From: Phaeosaccion multiseriatum
Lineage: Eukaryota > Protista > Ochrophyta, other classes
DNA length: 64,000 bases
Reading direction: 5' to 3'
Assembly (NCBI GenBank): GCA_965112735.1
Contig: OZ218950.1
Span: 4,030,001-4,094,000 of the forward strand
Shown here: piece by piece, positions 44,694 through 58,498 of the stretch
Position numbering within the stretch: the stretch's first letter is position 1
Layout of the letters: each line of letters opens with the position of its first letter
The notes under the pieces: model-generated
The model's database searches: none
Told to the model about the DNA's origin: nothing
What the model saw: only the letters and a program-made list of their open reading frames with translations
Position numbers and translations under genes: made by a program

Positions 44694-47575
44694 ACACACA
44701 CGCACGCACCTTGTCGCTGCTGTGTCCACCGATACCAAGCACCTTATTCGCGCTAACGCTCTCCACCGTGAGGGCGGGAAACATGTTGGACAGGTCCATG
44801 GCCCACTGCTCAACGATCCACAGCGAGGCCTCGATGCCCGTCACCAACACGTCGATGGAGCCGTCGTTGCGAGCCCTACGCGCCTTCATGGCAGCGAAGA
44901 TGCGCTTCCCCATGGCCTCGGCGGTGCGCAGTGTATTAGTGTGGTAGTGCAGTGCGTCTTCGTCCTCCTCCTCGTCGTCGTCGTCGTTTGCCGATTCCTC
45001 CTCCTGCTGCTCCTCCTCCTCATGGGATGGCTGCGGAGCCCCAAGGCCCTGCTGCAGCGGGGTATCCACTGCCATCTTCATACCCAATGTCTTCCTCTCC
45101 TCCTCCTGCGGGGAGCCGTCCCCCTCCTCCACAGACTCCAACGCCCCCCACGACGGCCTTCATCATTCCATTTGTTCGACAAGTGCAAAGGACAAAGGAC
45201 GAAGGGCATGTCATGTGTACGTGAGGCATACGGCGGTGCATGACAGGCATCACAAGTATATGGGCAGGAAGTACAGGCATCACAAGTATATGGGCAGGAA
45301 GTACAGGCATCACAAGTATATGGGCAGGAATTACAGGCATCACAAGTATATGGGCAGGAATTACAGGCATCACAAGTATATGGGCAGGAAGTACAGGCAT
45401 CACAAGCACATGGGCAAGCATCACAAGCATCACGAGCGCATGCAAGCCTACAAAGGCGGCTGTGGCGATGGCGATCAGAGCAAGAGACAGAGACAGAGAC
45501 AGAGACAGAGACAGAGACAGAGACAGAGACAGAGACAGAGACAGAGACAGAGACAGCGACAGAGACAGACGGAGACAGAGACAGAGACAGAGACAGAGAC
45601 AGAGACAGAGACAGAGACAGAGAGAGAGACAGAGACAGAGACAGAGACAGAGACAGAGACAGACAGAGACAGACAGACGGAGACAGAGACAGAGACAGAG
45701 ACAGAGACAGAGAGAGACAGAGACAGAGACAGAGACAGAGAGAGACAGAGACAGAGACAGAGACAGAGACAGAGACAGAGACGGACCTCCCCCTCCTCCT
45801 GCCCCCCCCCCGAATGCCTCACCTGCTGGCACCCTTGCACAGAGCCCTCGAGAGCGGCACCGCTGGGGGGGGAAGCACCACCACCTTCTGCGCCTTCTTC
45901 TCCTGCTTCTTGTCCTCCTCGTCCTCCTCCTCCTCCTTCTTCTTCTTCTTCTTCTTCTTGTGCGTCATGCCCTTGCTCTTGCTCTTGCTGTTGCCCCTGT
46001 CCATCACCGAGGTCCTGTCGGTGTCGTTCCAAGTGCTGTCGATGACCATGAGCACGTGTGGGATGCAGCGAAGGTCCCAGGCCACAAGATCCTCGGAAGG
46101 ACGCTTGGCGGGGCGACGCATGCCGTGCACAAAGTGCCTGTGTGTGTGTGTACACGAGTACGTGTGTGTATGCGAGTACGTGTGTGTGTGTGTGTGTGTG
46201 TTTGTCTCGACATCCACATATCTCAGTCCTGACATCCCCCCCCCTTCTCTGTCTGTGTCCTGACACCGCCCTCTAATCTGCCTGTCCTCAACCCCCCCCT
46301 CCCCTCTCACTATCCTGCACGCCCCCCCCCCTCCCTCCCCCTTACTGAACTGCACACATTCCTCTCACCTGGAAGACACACCAAGCCGAGGCCCGGCCTG
46401 TACGGCCTCGAAGATGTGCGTCCTTCGGTCCTTCAACTCCTGCGCAGTGCTCTCTCGGGCGGCGGACAGGAGGAAGGAGCGGAGCGTCACACCGCTGAGC
46501 ATGGTCCATCCTGTGGGGGAGGGGGCTGCTGTACTACCAACTGTTGATGATGCGGATGGTGAGAACACTGATGCAACACCATCACCACCACCTCCTCCTC
46601 CTGCTGCTGCTGCTGCGGCTCCTGCCCCTTCCTCGGCAAGCCTGAGTTGATGATGATGCTCCTCCGCAGTACCCCCCTCCCCTAACCCCTGCTGTACCAC
46701 CAACTGCTGGCCTTGGCCCCCCTGAGGCTCGTCTTGGTCCATCATCAGCGGCCCCCCTCTCTCCTCCGCCCCTGCCTCTGCTGCTGCCTCACGCTCGAAA
46801 AACTCGGCCCCCTCCCCCGAGGAGGCGTCACCTGCCCAGCCATGCAGGCCTGCCGCCACAGGCAGGAGCCCCTCCTTCTCGGCCATTTGTTGTTGTATCA
46901 TCAACAGCTCATGCACCTCCGCCGGGCCTGACACCGCCGCTTCGTCGTCGAGCCCCGGGGTGCCTCCTCCTCCTCCTCCTCCTTCCCCTGACAGGCCGTC
47001 TCCCTCTCCTCCTCCTCCCCTCCCCTCCCTCCGGGGTCGCGCCCCCACCTCCCCAGCAAACGCCGATTGGTCACTGAGGGGGTGCTTCCTGCCGATGCGC
47101 ACCACTTCTCCCCGTTCGTCAAGATCGATGCGGTTCGAGGGAAGGGTGGTGTTGGGCTCAGCAGTTACACGCGAGCGTGGTGATGGTGACGGTGATGATG
47201 CCGATGCTAGTGCTCTGTCGCCGTCTACTTCGGCCACGACGGGAAGGGCTGCGGCGCTCCTCTGGGGGGGGGGGGGGGGATGGAGAGGGAGAAGGAGGGG
47301 GAGAGGGTGAGGTGGTAAGGCAGGCAGGCAGGCACGCAGTGGGCCAAAGCCGAAGTATGTTAAGGGGCACCTGCTTACTATGGTGTGACATCGATGTTGC
47401 TGACTTTGACTAGGCCTGCCCGACTCTCTAACTCTCTCTCTCTGTCTGCTGCTGACTTTGACTGGGCCTGCCTGACTATCTAACTCTCTCTCTATCTACC
47501 AACAACCAACACGAAACAACACACACGCGCGTGCACACGCACGCACCCACGCACCACAACACACACACCACAGCA

Positions 47576-47634
<59 letters not shown>

Positions 47635-49920
47635 ACACACACACACACACACACACCGGCGTCTCCCGCACCCTGCTGGCCACGGCTGCCGCTTCACTGC
47701 CGAACAGCACCAGCGGTACGTCCTCCGTGAACGCCAGGGCCATGGGCTGCCCTTTGGACGCAATGACCACACTCGCAGGCTCCAAGCTACAAATGCCACT
47801 GATGCCGAACGACCCTTCCCCCCGGATGAGGAACTCGGACAGGGCGGTGAAGAGGTCCTGCCGCAAGAAGCTTCTCAGCGTGTGGAAGGCGAAGGACCGC
47901 AGCTCTGCCTCGCTCCATGCCATCCCCTGACCCCTGTCGCCGCTGCTCGGCACAGCCAAAGGAAGAAGGGGGGTGGGAAGGGGGGGGAGGGGACTCGCTT
48001 CGGCCCCACCAGTAGTAGTAGCAGCAGCAGCTGCTGCAGGTGTTGGTGATACCGCTGTGGAAGTGCCAGAGGCGGAGGCGTCCGCCGCTTTGAGGGCCTG
48101 CACCATGAGCGGATAGAGGCGCTTAACTGCTTCTTCGTCGATGGTGTAGGCCACTCCCTCTCCTCCTCCTCCTCCTCCTCCTCCTCCTCGTCCTCCCCCC
48201 CCCCCTCCCCCTCCTCCGTCCACCCCTAGCACTTGAATGACGTTATCAACCTCCCCCACCCACACCGCCTCGAAGCAGCGGCCCCACTCCTCACACCACT
48301 CCTGAGAGGGCGCATCGTCCTCCTTACTGCTGGCGACGGCCCTTTGGTACGCCAATCGCACACTCGCCGCCCAGCGGCCCTGCGTGGTCAGCAGGTCCAG
48401 CATGCCCGCAATCTTGGCACTGTCTCCTTTAACCTTGCTCCCCACGCCAAGCACTCGTGTCAGCCACGCCCCCACCTCATGGTTGGAGAGCTTCTGATTG
48501 AATAGGTCAAGGCTTTCAAAGTCTCCGTTGTGGGTAATCTGGATGCCCACTCGACAGTCGGGCACGGGCTGAAACGCTCCATTGAACATGCGCCACACCG
48601 TCTCGTGGTGGAAGGGTGTCCATTCGTGGGGGTGGAGTTCGGGCACCCGATTCACGCTGCTGGTGGCGAAGCGTGTGTGGCCAATGTAGGCACTGCTGCT
48701 GTTGCCGTCGTTGCACAGCAACCCACCCGGGGGGGCGCAGGAGCAGTTGTTGGTGGTGGTACAGCAGTTGGTGGTACGGCAGACGGACTTGAGTTGAGCC
48801 TTTCCGAGCTGAGAAACCCACTTCTCTGCCAAATCGTCTGCCAGGCTGTGGCGCTGTAGGACCGGGGGGAAAGAGGAGGGGCGGCGGCGCGGGGGGCATG
48901 GGATGATGGAGGAGTTAAGGTAGGAGGCACTGAACTTGGTTTTGACTTCCATGTATGAAGCAGAAGGACTTCCATAATGTAGGACAGGCCTCGAAAGGAG
49001 CCAAAGGAAGGCCGCTCGGGGGGGGTAGCGGAGGAGAGGAAACTCGTGTTGAGTCTAAGACACGTTTCCCTCCCTCCGTCCATCCATCCATCCATCCATC
49101 CATCCCTCCCTCCCTCCCGGCCCTCCCGGCGGCCCCCCACAAACTACGCTACCGGGGCGGGTGAGTTGTTACCTTCCTCGCACAGAGCCTCAGGCGCATG
49201 TGGAACGGCTCCACATCCGGGTTGATGGATGTGTACAGCTGAGCTTCAGCAGAGGGGGATGGAAACTGGCGAACACATAACACACACACACATATATATA
49301 TACGCAGAGAGAAGGGGAAGATGAAAGGGGGGAGAGAAGAACGTGAGAGACAGAGCGGGGCGAGCGGAATGGATACGGTATGTCCAAAAGAGCAGGTGCG
49401 CACTGCCATCGCTCTGCCTTTCGAGCCCTACCTGCTGCTGCTGCTGCTGGGTCTCAGGCGAGTAAAGGCTGGAGTCCTCCCTCCACTGCATAGTGGCCAG
49501 GCCCGCAGCCTGCCCACCCCTGATCTCCGTTGCCGCTGCCATTTGCTGCAGGATGTCGACGCAAGGGAAGAGAGAGTCATGCTCGGCCCCAACCTCGATG
49601 GAGGCGCAGGACGGCTTGCTCAGATCAAGCGGGTCGTCGCTGGTGACCGGGGCACGGCCGACGATGTCTTGCTGGAGAAGGAGGCGGAGCAGCCTGTGCG
49701 TGTGTGAGAGATGTAGAGAGCGGACGTGATGTGACGTGCGTGTCAGTGTCAGAGCCAGTGTCAGGGAAGAGTCCCAGGCGGGGTCAAGAAGGCATGAGGA
49801 GTGGAAGAGGAGTCTTGCTTGTGCCCATTCTGAGGCAGAGATGAGCTTGCTCGGGTCATTGGGAAAGGGCGTCGGGAGAAACATCCCAGCACTTCAAGCT
49901 CACCCAAAGTTTCCACACAT
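36556..49920 (-). CDS. GlmS-like protein: class II (Ntn) glutamine amidotransferase + SIS domain + two transmembrane segments + second SIS-like domain; about 20 exons
   Basis: Exon 1 (49920-49904) ATGTGTGGAAACTTTGG|GTGAG joins in phase to give MCGNFG|LLRLLL. Further motifs: [88 protein letters not shown], hydrophobic exon 43210-42788, [19 protein letters not shown]|YLAF and SQ|[13 protein letters not shown]. The last exon (36615-36556) is tentative. Confidence 0.85.
39875..40106. repeat. (CCCT)n intronic microsatellite
   Basis: Seen directly. Confidence 0.95.
42335..42762. repeat. Degenerate (CCCTA)n/(TAGGG)n pentanucleotide array at an intron 5' end
   Basis: Seen directly; G-rich on the transcribed (-) strand, next to the donor at ~42787. 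Confidence 0.9.
45243..45782. repeat. Intronic 30-bp tandem repeat (~6 copies, 45243-45420) followed by a (GAGACA)n array (45484-45782)
   Basis: 30-bp unit ACAGGCATCACAAGTATATGGGCAGGAA(G/T)T. Confidence 0.9.
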
Positions 49921-50715
49921 GGCTAATGCAGGCCTCCTTCCTCCTCCTCACTCCAAGCTCCTGGCTGCTGAGTCCTGGGGAAGTTTCTACTACGGTTACC
50001 TCCCCTTCCGCAGATTGCCCACTTGTCGATTTTTCCCCTCTGAATGACGAAGGTAGTTGAAGTGGGGCGAGTGCCGGTCTCACAAGCGCTTACAAGAATG
50101 GCAGACCACCGCAGTAGCACTGCCAGGATCAATCTATACTCCTCCTTTCGTATCCGCGCTCACGGGAGCAACCTGCGCACCTCCTTGCAGCCTACACCAC
50201 AAACCGCTCCACGTTTCCGTTCCCCCCAACTTTGCTCTGGCGTTACCCCGTCCTCAATGAGAGACAGCCCAGCTCCGGACCGCTGCAAGTAGAGAGGGGA
50301 TGCAAATGTACTCCCCGTACGGCGTAAGGCTGCTTTTCCCCGTGCTTTGTGCCGCGTGGTATTGTATATATTGAATTTCACACATCAGGAGGTGGGGGTT
50401 GGTTCTTCGCCACTCCTGTGAGCACGTCAAACGAAACGTTTTTTTTTATGTCGTTCTGGAAGCGTGTTTTTTTCAATGTCATACTTGCACGGGTTGGTTG
50501 TGGGAAATGGGAAAGCGTGCTGTCCGCTGGTAGAGTGCCCCTTGTCTACGAAAGGAGGGAACGGACAAGAACCAGCGATACAGAGATCGATTTATCTCAA
50601 CACGCCCTCCCCGCCCGCAGCCGTCCCATCCAGAGCCAGTGCCCAATACCCCCTCATGTGGAGGGACACGCTGCAGAATGTACATGCTGAGCTCCGCCTC
50701 CCGATTCTCCTTGTT

Positions 50716-51620
50716 CTAGGCGTCTCGGTGTATCTTTCTCCAAGGATGGGTAGCTAGCCGCTCCTGTACCACCTTCATGTACTTCTCCACTTCGATACGG
50801 TCGTCCTTCTCCTGCCCATCCGTGTAGGCGCCACCAGGACGGTACATCATCCACGATATGGTGCTCGTCATGTGCATCGTGCTCGTACGCATACATATGA
50901 CAGCTGTTGCACACCAAGGAATCAATCGTCATGTCACTAGCTAAGTCTGCTGGCGCGCTGTAGGCAGAGTATCCTTCCGCGACTCTTGTTCGTGTTTTGC
51001 TGTCGGCCAGCCAGTCCCATGATATAGTGCAGGGTGGTGGCGAACTTTTCCTCCAGGGCGTCAATGGACAAGCCCCCGAGCTTGGTGTCCATCCTGAGGG
51101 CGTTGTTGAAGAGGTCCTGGAAGATGGGGATGTGTCCTCAGATGGTGAGGTGTCCTCACCATCTTCCAAGATCTATTCAAGAACGCCCTCAAGATGGACA
51201 CCAAGCTCGGCGGCCTGTCCATCGACGCTCTGGAGGAAAAGTTCGCCACCACCTACACTTTATCATCCCGTACGTCGTACGTCCGCTCAACCAGCTGCCT
51301 CCTCTCGACCAAGGGCTCCTGCTTGCCGTCTGCCCTACCCCAGCCCCACAGCGGATATCGCGCGCCTATCCGTCGCATCTTCCCTTCGCCCTGCCCCCCT
51401 CCTGGCTGCCCTCTTGTCCTGCTGCTCCACACATTCTTCCCTCTTCTGCTGCAGCCTGCGCCCCCTCTTTCCTGCGAAGGAAGCATGCTGCGTGTCCTCA
51501 TCACAAGCCACTCCACCGTCCTGTTTGATCGTCGTCGGGCTCGATGCGCCTCTTCTTCGCTCGTTGCGACTCCATCAACAGTACAGCACCTTCTTCTGAC
51601 GAGACCCGTTCGCTCGTGAG
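50716..51620. pseudogene. Degenerate coding-like relic (frameshifted fragments, possibly of transposon or multi-copy gene origin) surrounding a fold-back
   Basis: Overlapping minus-strand fragments in different frames (WDWLADSK...SLVCNSCHMYAY; DDRIEVEKYMKVVQERLATHPWRKIHRD) and codon-like divergence between the inverted arms. No intact gene model. Confidence 0.35.
51019..51266. repeat. Long inverted repeat (fold-back; hairpin-RNA/miRNA-precursor-like)
   Basis: 51033-51127 is the reverse complement of 51159-51253 (95 nt, 9 mismatches), extendable ~14 nt with one indel; the spacer is 31 nt. Confidence 0.9.
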
Positions 51621-52288
51621 TGTGTGCATCATATCACTCCTCCCAGATGCTATCGCTGGCTTGGCTGCTGTGTCGACTAGACCCAGACTCTGCGCACGCC
51701 CTTTCTGGCCGCCTTTCGCTTTCCCTTGGCCGCTCCACTCTCTGCCTCTCCATAGGCCGCGCTGAAGGCATCGTAAGGCCAATACAGCTGGCAGCCGAGC
51801 GTTGGGCTAGCTCGCTCGCTTCCTTAGCCGGCTTCCAACCCCCCCCCTCCCCTCTCTCTCGTAGGAAAAAGGTCTTTTGATGCTGTCATGAGGGCTTGAT
51901 CCCTCTCCGCTCCTCCATGATTTTCTACAAGGGGACAAGGCCCGTACACACACACACATACGTACGACACAGGTGAGCGAGTAGATGAGGCTAAATCAAG
52001 CAGACGAGGGCAACTCAATGCCCGAGATGGCAATCGACGCACACCTAACCACCTAACCTGACCAAATGATGTGCCTCAACACCACCAGAGGTACGGCAGA
52101 ACACCCTTGGGCTAGACACTCTACACTTGTACACTACTACCCTTCCCTTTCCCTTCCCTCGATCCTGCCCGCCCGTCTCTTCCTCAGTCTGAGCTGATCT
52201 CTTGGGCCTCCGCTACTCGATCGTCCATTCGTCATTTGCGTAGGCCCCTTCTCAACACGCCGCCACTCTCTCTCTCTCTCTCACACAC

Positions 52289-52898
52289 CTTCGCTGCAGC
52301 CTCTATGCGAATCACCTCGGTGGCCAGGCCCGCATCATATCCGAGCTCTGCTGGTGTGCGAAGGGACTTGTCGCGTATGGTGCGAGAGGCACCCGCTCGG
52401 AGCAGCAGCGCCGAGACCTCCAGGTGCCCACGCTGCGGTTGGTAGAGGTGTAGGGTTGATTGACGAATTGATTGATTGGTTCAAGAGGAAGAGCTGTATG
52501 TTTGTATGTAAGTATGTATGTATGTATGTTCTGCGGAGGCTGCATCATCCCCCCTCACCTTGTAAGAGAAGTGCAGGGGAGAGAACCAGCCCCACGCGCA
52601 GCGGGTTGTCACCTTTGCGCCTAATAAGAAAGGACGACAAGGAGGCATCAGGTAGAGCAGAAGAGATGTCTGTGGTGAGGGAGGGGGACTCTGACAGTAG
52701 ACATGAGCAAGATTTCGCTCTTGTACCTTTCGAGATGAGAAACCGCGCGCAGCCCACGCTGTTCCAAAGGGCACACGTGTGGAGCGGTGTGATACCCTGG
52801 GGGTGCTTGGTCATGTTGGGAGACATGCCCTCAACCTCGATCAGGTGCTCTACGCGCTTGAGATTGTCCACTCTGCAGGCAATGAATATGTCTCCCAT
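52289..52898 (-). CDS. Small ankyrin-repeat protein (at least 3 exons; last exon unresolved)
   Basis: MGDIFIACRVDNLKRVEHLI...GITPLHTCALWNSVGCARFLISKG|AKVTTRCAWGWFSPLHFSYK|RGHLEVSALLLRAGASRTIRDKSLRTPAEL. Confidence 0.85.
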
Positions 52899-53145
52899 GT
52901 TTACGAGTACTAGAACCACAAGCAGCTCAACTCACAAGAAAATCGACACGTAAGCCTCCCTTGTCCCTTGGGCCAGCTGGTCCCATCCGTTCCATTTTTA
53001 TCCAGCTCGCAGTTAGTTTCAGTGGCAACCGCCAAAAAACATCCAGCGCGGGAAATCCGGATGGCATCCCACGCGCTGAGCCTCTCTTGGGTCACTAGTC
53101 TCCGATCATCGTCAAAACACTCGGCGCTTGGGCCAAAGGAGCGGG

Positions 53146-55326
<2,181 letters not shown>

Positions 55327-55533
55327 CGAGAAAAGTGTTGCACTCATCCGAGAGAGAGCGAGAAGAGAGGAGGGAGCAGAGCAGAGCTGTGTGAGCAACC
55401 AAACAAGCAAGGCTCCTTCCTGCCGTCCGTTGGGCGTCTCCGGTGGCTCTATCCAAATGCATGGGCCGGTGGCGTTGGCCTTTTCGTGCACGCCTCCGCC
55501 CCTCTGTGGGGGAGGTGCCCTTGTCCCCCTTCA

Positions 55534-56620
55534 GCAGTCAGCAGGTGGACATGTAGGACGTGCGTCAGAAGGAGGGGAAGAGTCGAGAGGAGCAGAAGAG
55601 CGAGCAGGCACATGGCATTCGCATGTAAGAAGAGGCAAGGCCTTGGTACGTGGGGGTGTGCTTTTCTCTCCCCAGGGAGGGGGGCGATGCCCCTATCTGC
55701 TCTGTCTTGGTACTCCCTCCCTGCCTCTCTCGGCGGTCAGTTGAGCACGCAAAGCGGAGTCTTGTCGCCGTCCTTGTTAGTGCCCTTGCCTTCCTTGTGG
55801 TCGACAAGAGCAAGACATTCATGGTCAAGGAAGGCAAGAGCAAGACATCGAAGCCCTGTCTAAGACAGGTGGTGAGGAGCTCTCATCTCTCTCTGTGGCT
55901 GCAGAGGCTCCGCTGCTCTGGAGTGGTCTGCCCTTTGCTTCTGCCTGCAGTGAAGAGCTATTCCTGGCAGCAGATCCTTGTACAGCCACACACACAGAGA
56001 GAGAGAGAGAAGACAGAGGTCCTTGTTCTGAAGAGGAGGGTTTGTTTCATGCTTCGGTCAAGTCACTCAATCCACGGCATGTCAGGACGGGAGGCGCCAA
56101 GACTTGGACGTGGCCTGAACGGGTAGGAGTGAGGAAGATACCAAAGGCTTTCTCTCTCACCAGCTGGTTCGTCGGTTGGTGGGGCTGTCCAACGCTTTGC
56201 GGGGGCTTCGGGTCGGTGCTGCTTCCCTTCCTTTCGCCCAGGACCTCGAGGCAGGCACTTCGCTTCGCTTCGCAGTTTGTTGCGGAGGTCCTTGTGGATG
56301 AGGAGCGCGAGCAGCGTGTGTTGGTGGGGGGGTGACGCCGAGGAGGGACAGCGTGACACTTTCCGGCCCCACCATCCATTCCCTCTCCCTCGTGTGGGGC
56401 TTTCTTAATGCTGTGTTGGATGGGCGCGATTCTGTTCTTTCTGTGTACCAGCTTCACGACGGCCACAAGAGGTACACCCCCTCCCCCCCCCGCACTGCCA
56501 GCGTCACCACCGAACAAGAGCAGGCCATTTTTGTTCTGTGGGTACACGATGCGACAAAGCGTCTTCTGCGACTTGTTGGTGATCTACGCTCGAGGAAGAA
56601 GAAGTCCTTTTGTTTGCATT
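55534..56620 (+). other. Possible small multi-exon gene or gene remnant of unknown function
   Basis: Exon-like blocks bounded by AG/GT (e.g. 55741-55868, VEHAKRSLVAVLVSALAFLVVDKSK...CLRQ; ~56242-56322). No start codon or homology recognised. Confidence 0.25.
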
Positions 56621-56747
56621 TGTGTGCAGTCGGTGGACACACACAGAGAGAGAGGGATGGGCATAGATAGATAGAGAGGCTCCCGCCCCTGCCTGAAGCG
56701 CATCAATAACATTGAACCTAAATTTAGATCACTCACCAACCTTTGCT

Positions 56748-58498
56748 TCACTTTTCCAAGATGGGAGGGGGGCTGCTGCCGGGCGGGATGATGATTGTGT
56801 GCGCGGCAAGGGCATCCGCGTCGTCTTTGTGAAAGAATGCTTCGGCCGCCTCCTCGTCACTCCTCGCACCCCCGGCACTCGCCTCGCCCTCCTCCTCTAT
56901 CCTGTCGTGCATCCACTCCTGCCCATAGAGGTGGTTGAACACGGCCTTCCAGCCGGCGGTTGGGCCGCTGCTGCTCGACTTGTCATCCTTGTCGTCGCCA
57001 GGAGTAGAAGTAGTAGTGAGCGGGCCGTGGATGACCCGGCCGTGGTTGGGGATGACGGTGTCGGCGAACCAGGAGGTGAGCACGTTCATCAACACGTCCG
57101 CCTTATACTTCTTCGTCAGCTGCGGAGCACCACCGAAAAGCATGGGCAGCAACAGAAGCAGCAGCAGCGGCAGCAGTAGCAGTTGGTGATACAGGGGCAG
57201 GAAGGCAGGAAGGGACCAACAAGGGTTTTGGTCACTTACCAAAAAGGTGCGATAAAATGGGAGGTACACCCGATTCATCCAGAGCTGGTACAGCCTGTCC
57301 TGCGGCGCCATCAGCGGGTCGTGGGATGGGTAGTTCCAGTACAGATCTGTCGCAAGAGCAAAATGGCAGTAGATGGGTTGCCCCCCCAGCGGACAAGGGG
57401 TGGGGGGGGGGGTTAGGAGTCGTGACGAGGGTGACCGAGCGATAGCCACCGCCGTGCATATATGGAACTATTCTGAAGTATGAAACAAGTGCTCCGAGTC
57501 GAGCGGTGAATCAAGGGCTTCGCTCGCTCGAGCCGCTCCGCCCTGACGCCTCTGTGGGGGCAGTGCTGCTATTCCCTTCCACGAACTCCACTCTTCTGCT
57601 TACCAGTCACCATGAGGCAGGAGGAGGGTCGATGGAAGAACACCACTTCGTCAAAGGCAGGATGAAGTCGCTTCTTCTCGCAGACCACGTGGTAAAAGGC
57701 AATGCTCGCAGGCCAGTCCTTCGGGACGCCGCTCTCACCAACTCGGGCATCTCCCACGGACCAGTGGAAGGGGACGTCGGGTCTCTTCTCCATGACGCCT
57801 GGGCAAGCGAAGGCCTTGGCGTTAGGGAAGGCGCTGATCCAGTCCGAGACGAACCTTTTGAAGGAGGAGAGCGAGTGAGGGGGCAGGCAATGGATGGAAG
57901 CACTGAAAAGGCAGCAGAGTGGCTCTAGGCTAAGTCAGTCACTTGTGTGCGCTAGGGAAAGCGCCGACGCTGTAAGTATCAGCAATAATCGGCCCACTCT
58001 TTGCCTTTACCTGACGTGCTCATTGTTCGCGGGCGAGACAATGTACTTGACTTCTCCGAGCGTGGACAGGCGCTCTTTGAGACGTTCATCTAGCTGAACG
58101 GGTTCATTGACCCAGAGAGCTCCATCCTCCAAGCGAATGACCTGCGGCGGCGGGAGCAATTAGCAAGGTACAGGATGATATCCTCCAGGTCGCGTTCTCG
58201 CTTCAAGCTTGTGCCTCACCGTCGCGCGGGAGCCAATGTCGATACCGTTCCGGATGAAGGGCCTTTCGACAACCCACACGTTCTCGGCCACAGCGACAAG
58301 GTCCGCCCCCGTAGGGTTGGACCAGGTCTTCGGCCGAGAGTCGTGACCCTTTGTTGCTTGAGCCCTTGTTGTTGCTCCCCGCCCTCCTCCTCCTCCTCCT
58401 GCTGCTGCTGCTGTGCGACAGGGCGTCGTAACGAAGCTCGCACCAAGGCTGCATCCTGTAGTAAAACAGAGCAGAGTGAGGGTACTGAGAAGTCCCAT
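56748..58498 (-). CDS. DUF4336-family (metallo-beta-lactamase-like fold) protein with a bipartite plastid-targeting leader; 5 exons
   Basis: VAENVWVVERPFIRNGIDIGSRAT|VIRLEDGALWVNEPV...LGEVKYIVSPANNEH, FPNAKAFACPG, FDEVVFFHRPSSCLMVT|DLYWNYP and W.ADTVIPNHG. Leader MGLLSTLTLLCFTTGCSLGAS-FVTTP. Confidence 0.85.

Noticed and set aside
36556-49920. Calling the amidotransferase gene GFAT/glmS
   Set aside because: It has transmembrane segments and appears to lack the Glu488 and Lys603 equivalents, so no gene symbol was assigned.
51161-51253. Annotating the hairpin arm as an Argonaute fragment
   Set aside because: The match is only ~8 of 18 residues, has Asp where Asn is usual, and the flanks lack the following GxDVxH motif. 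Kept only as a speculative note.
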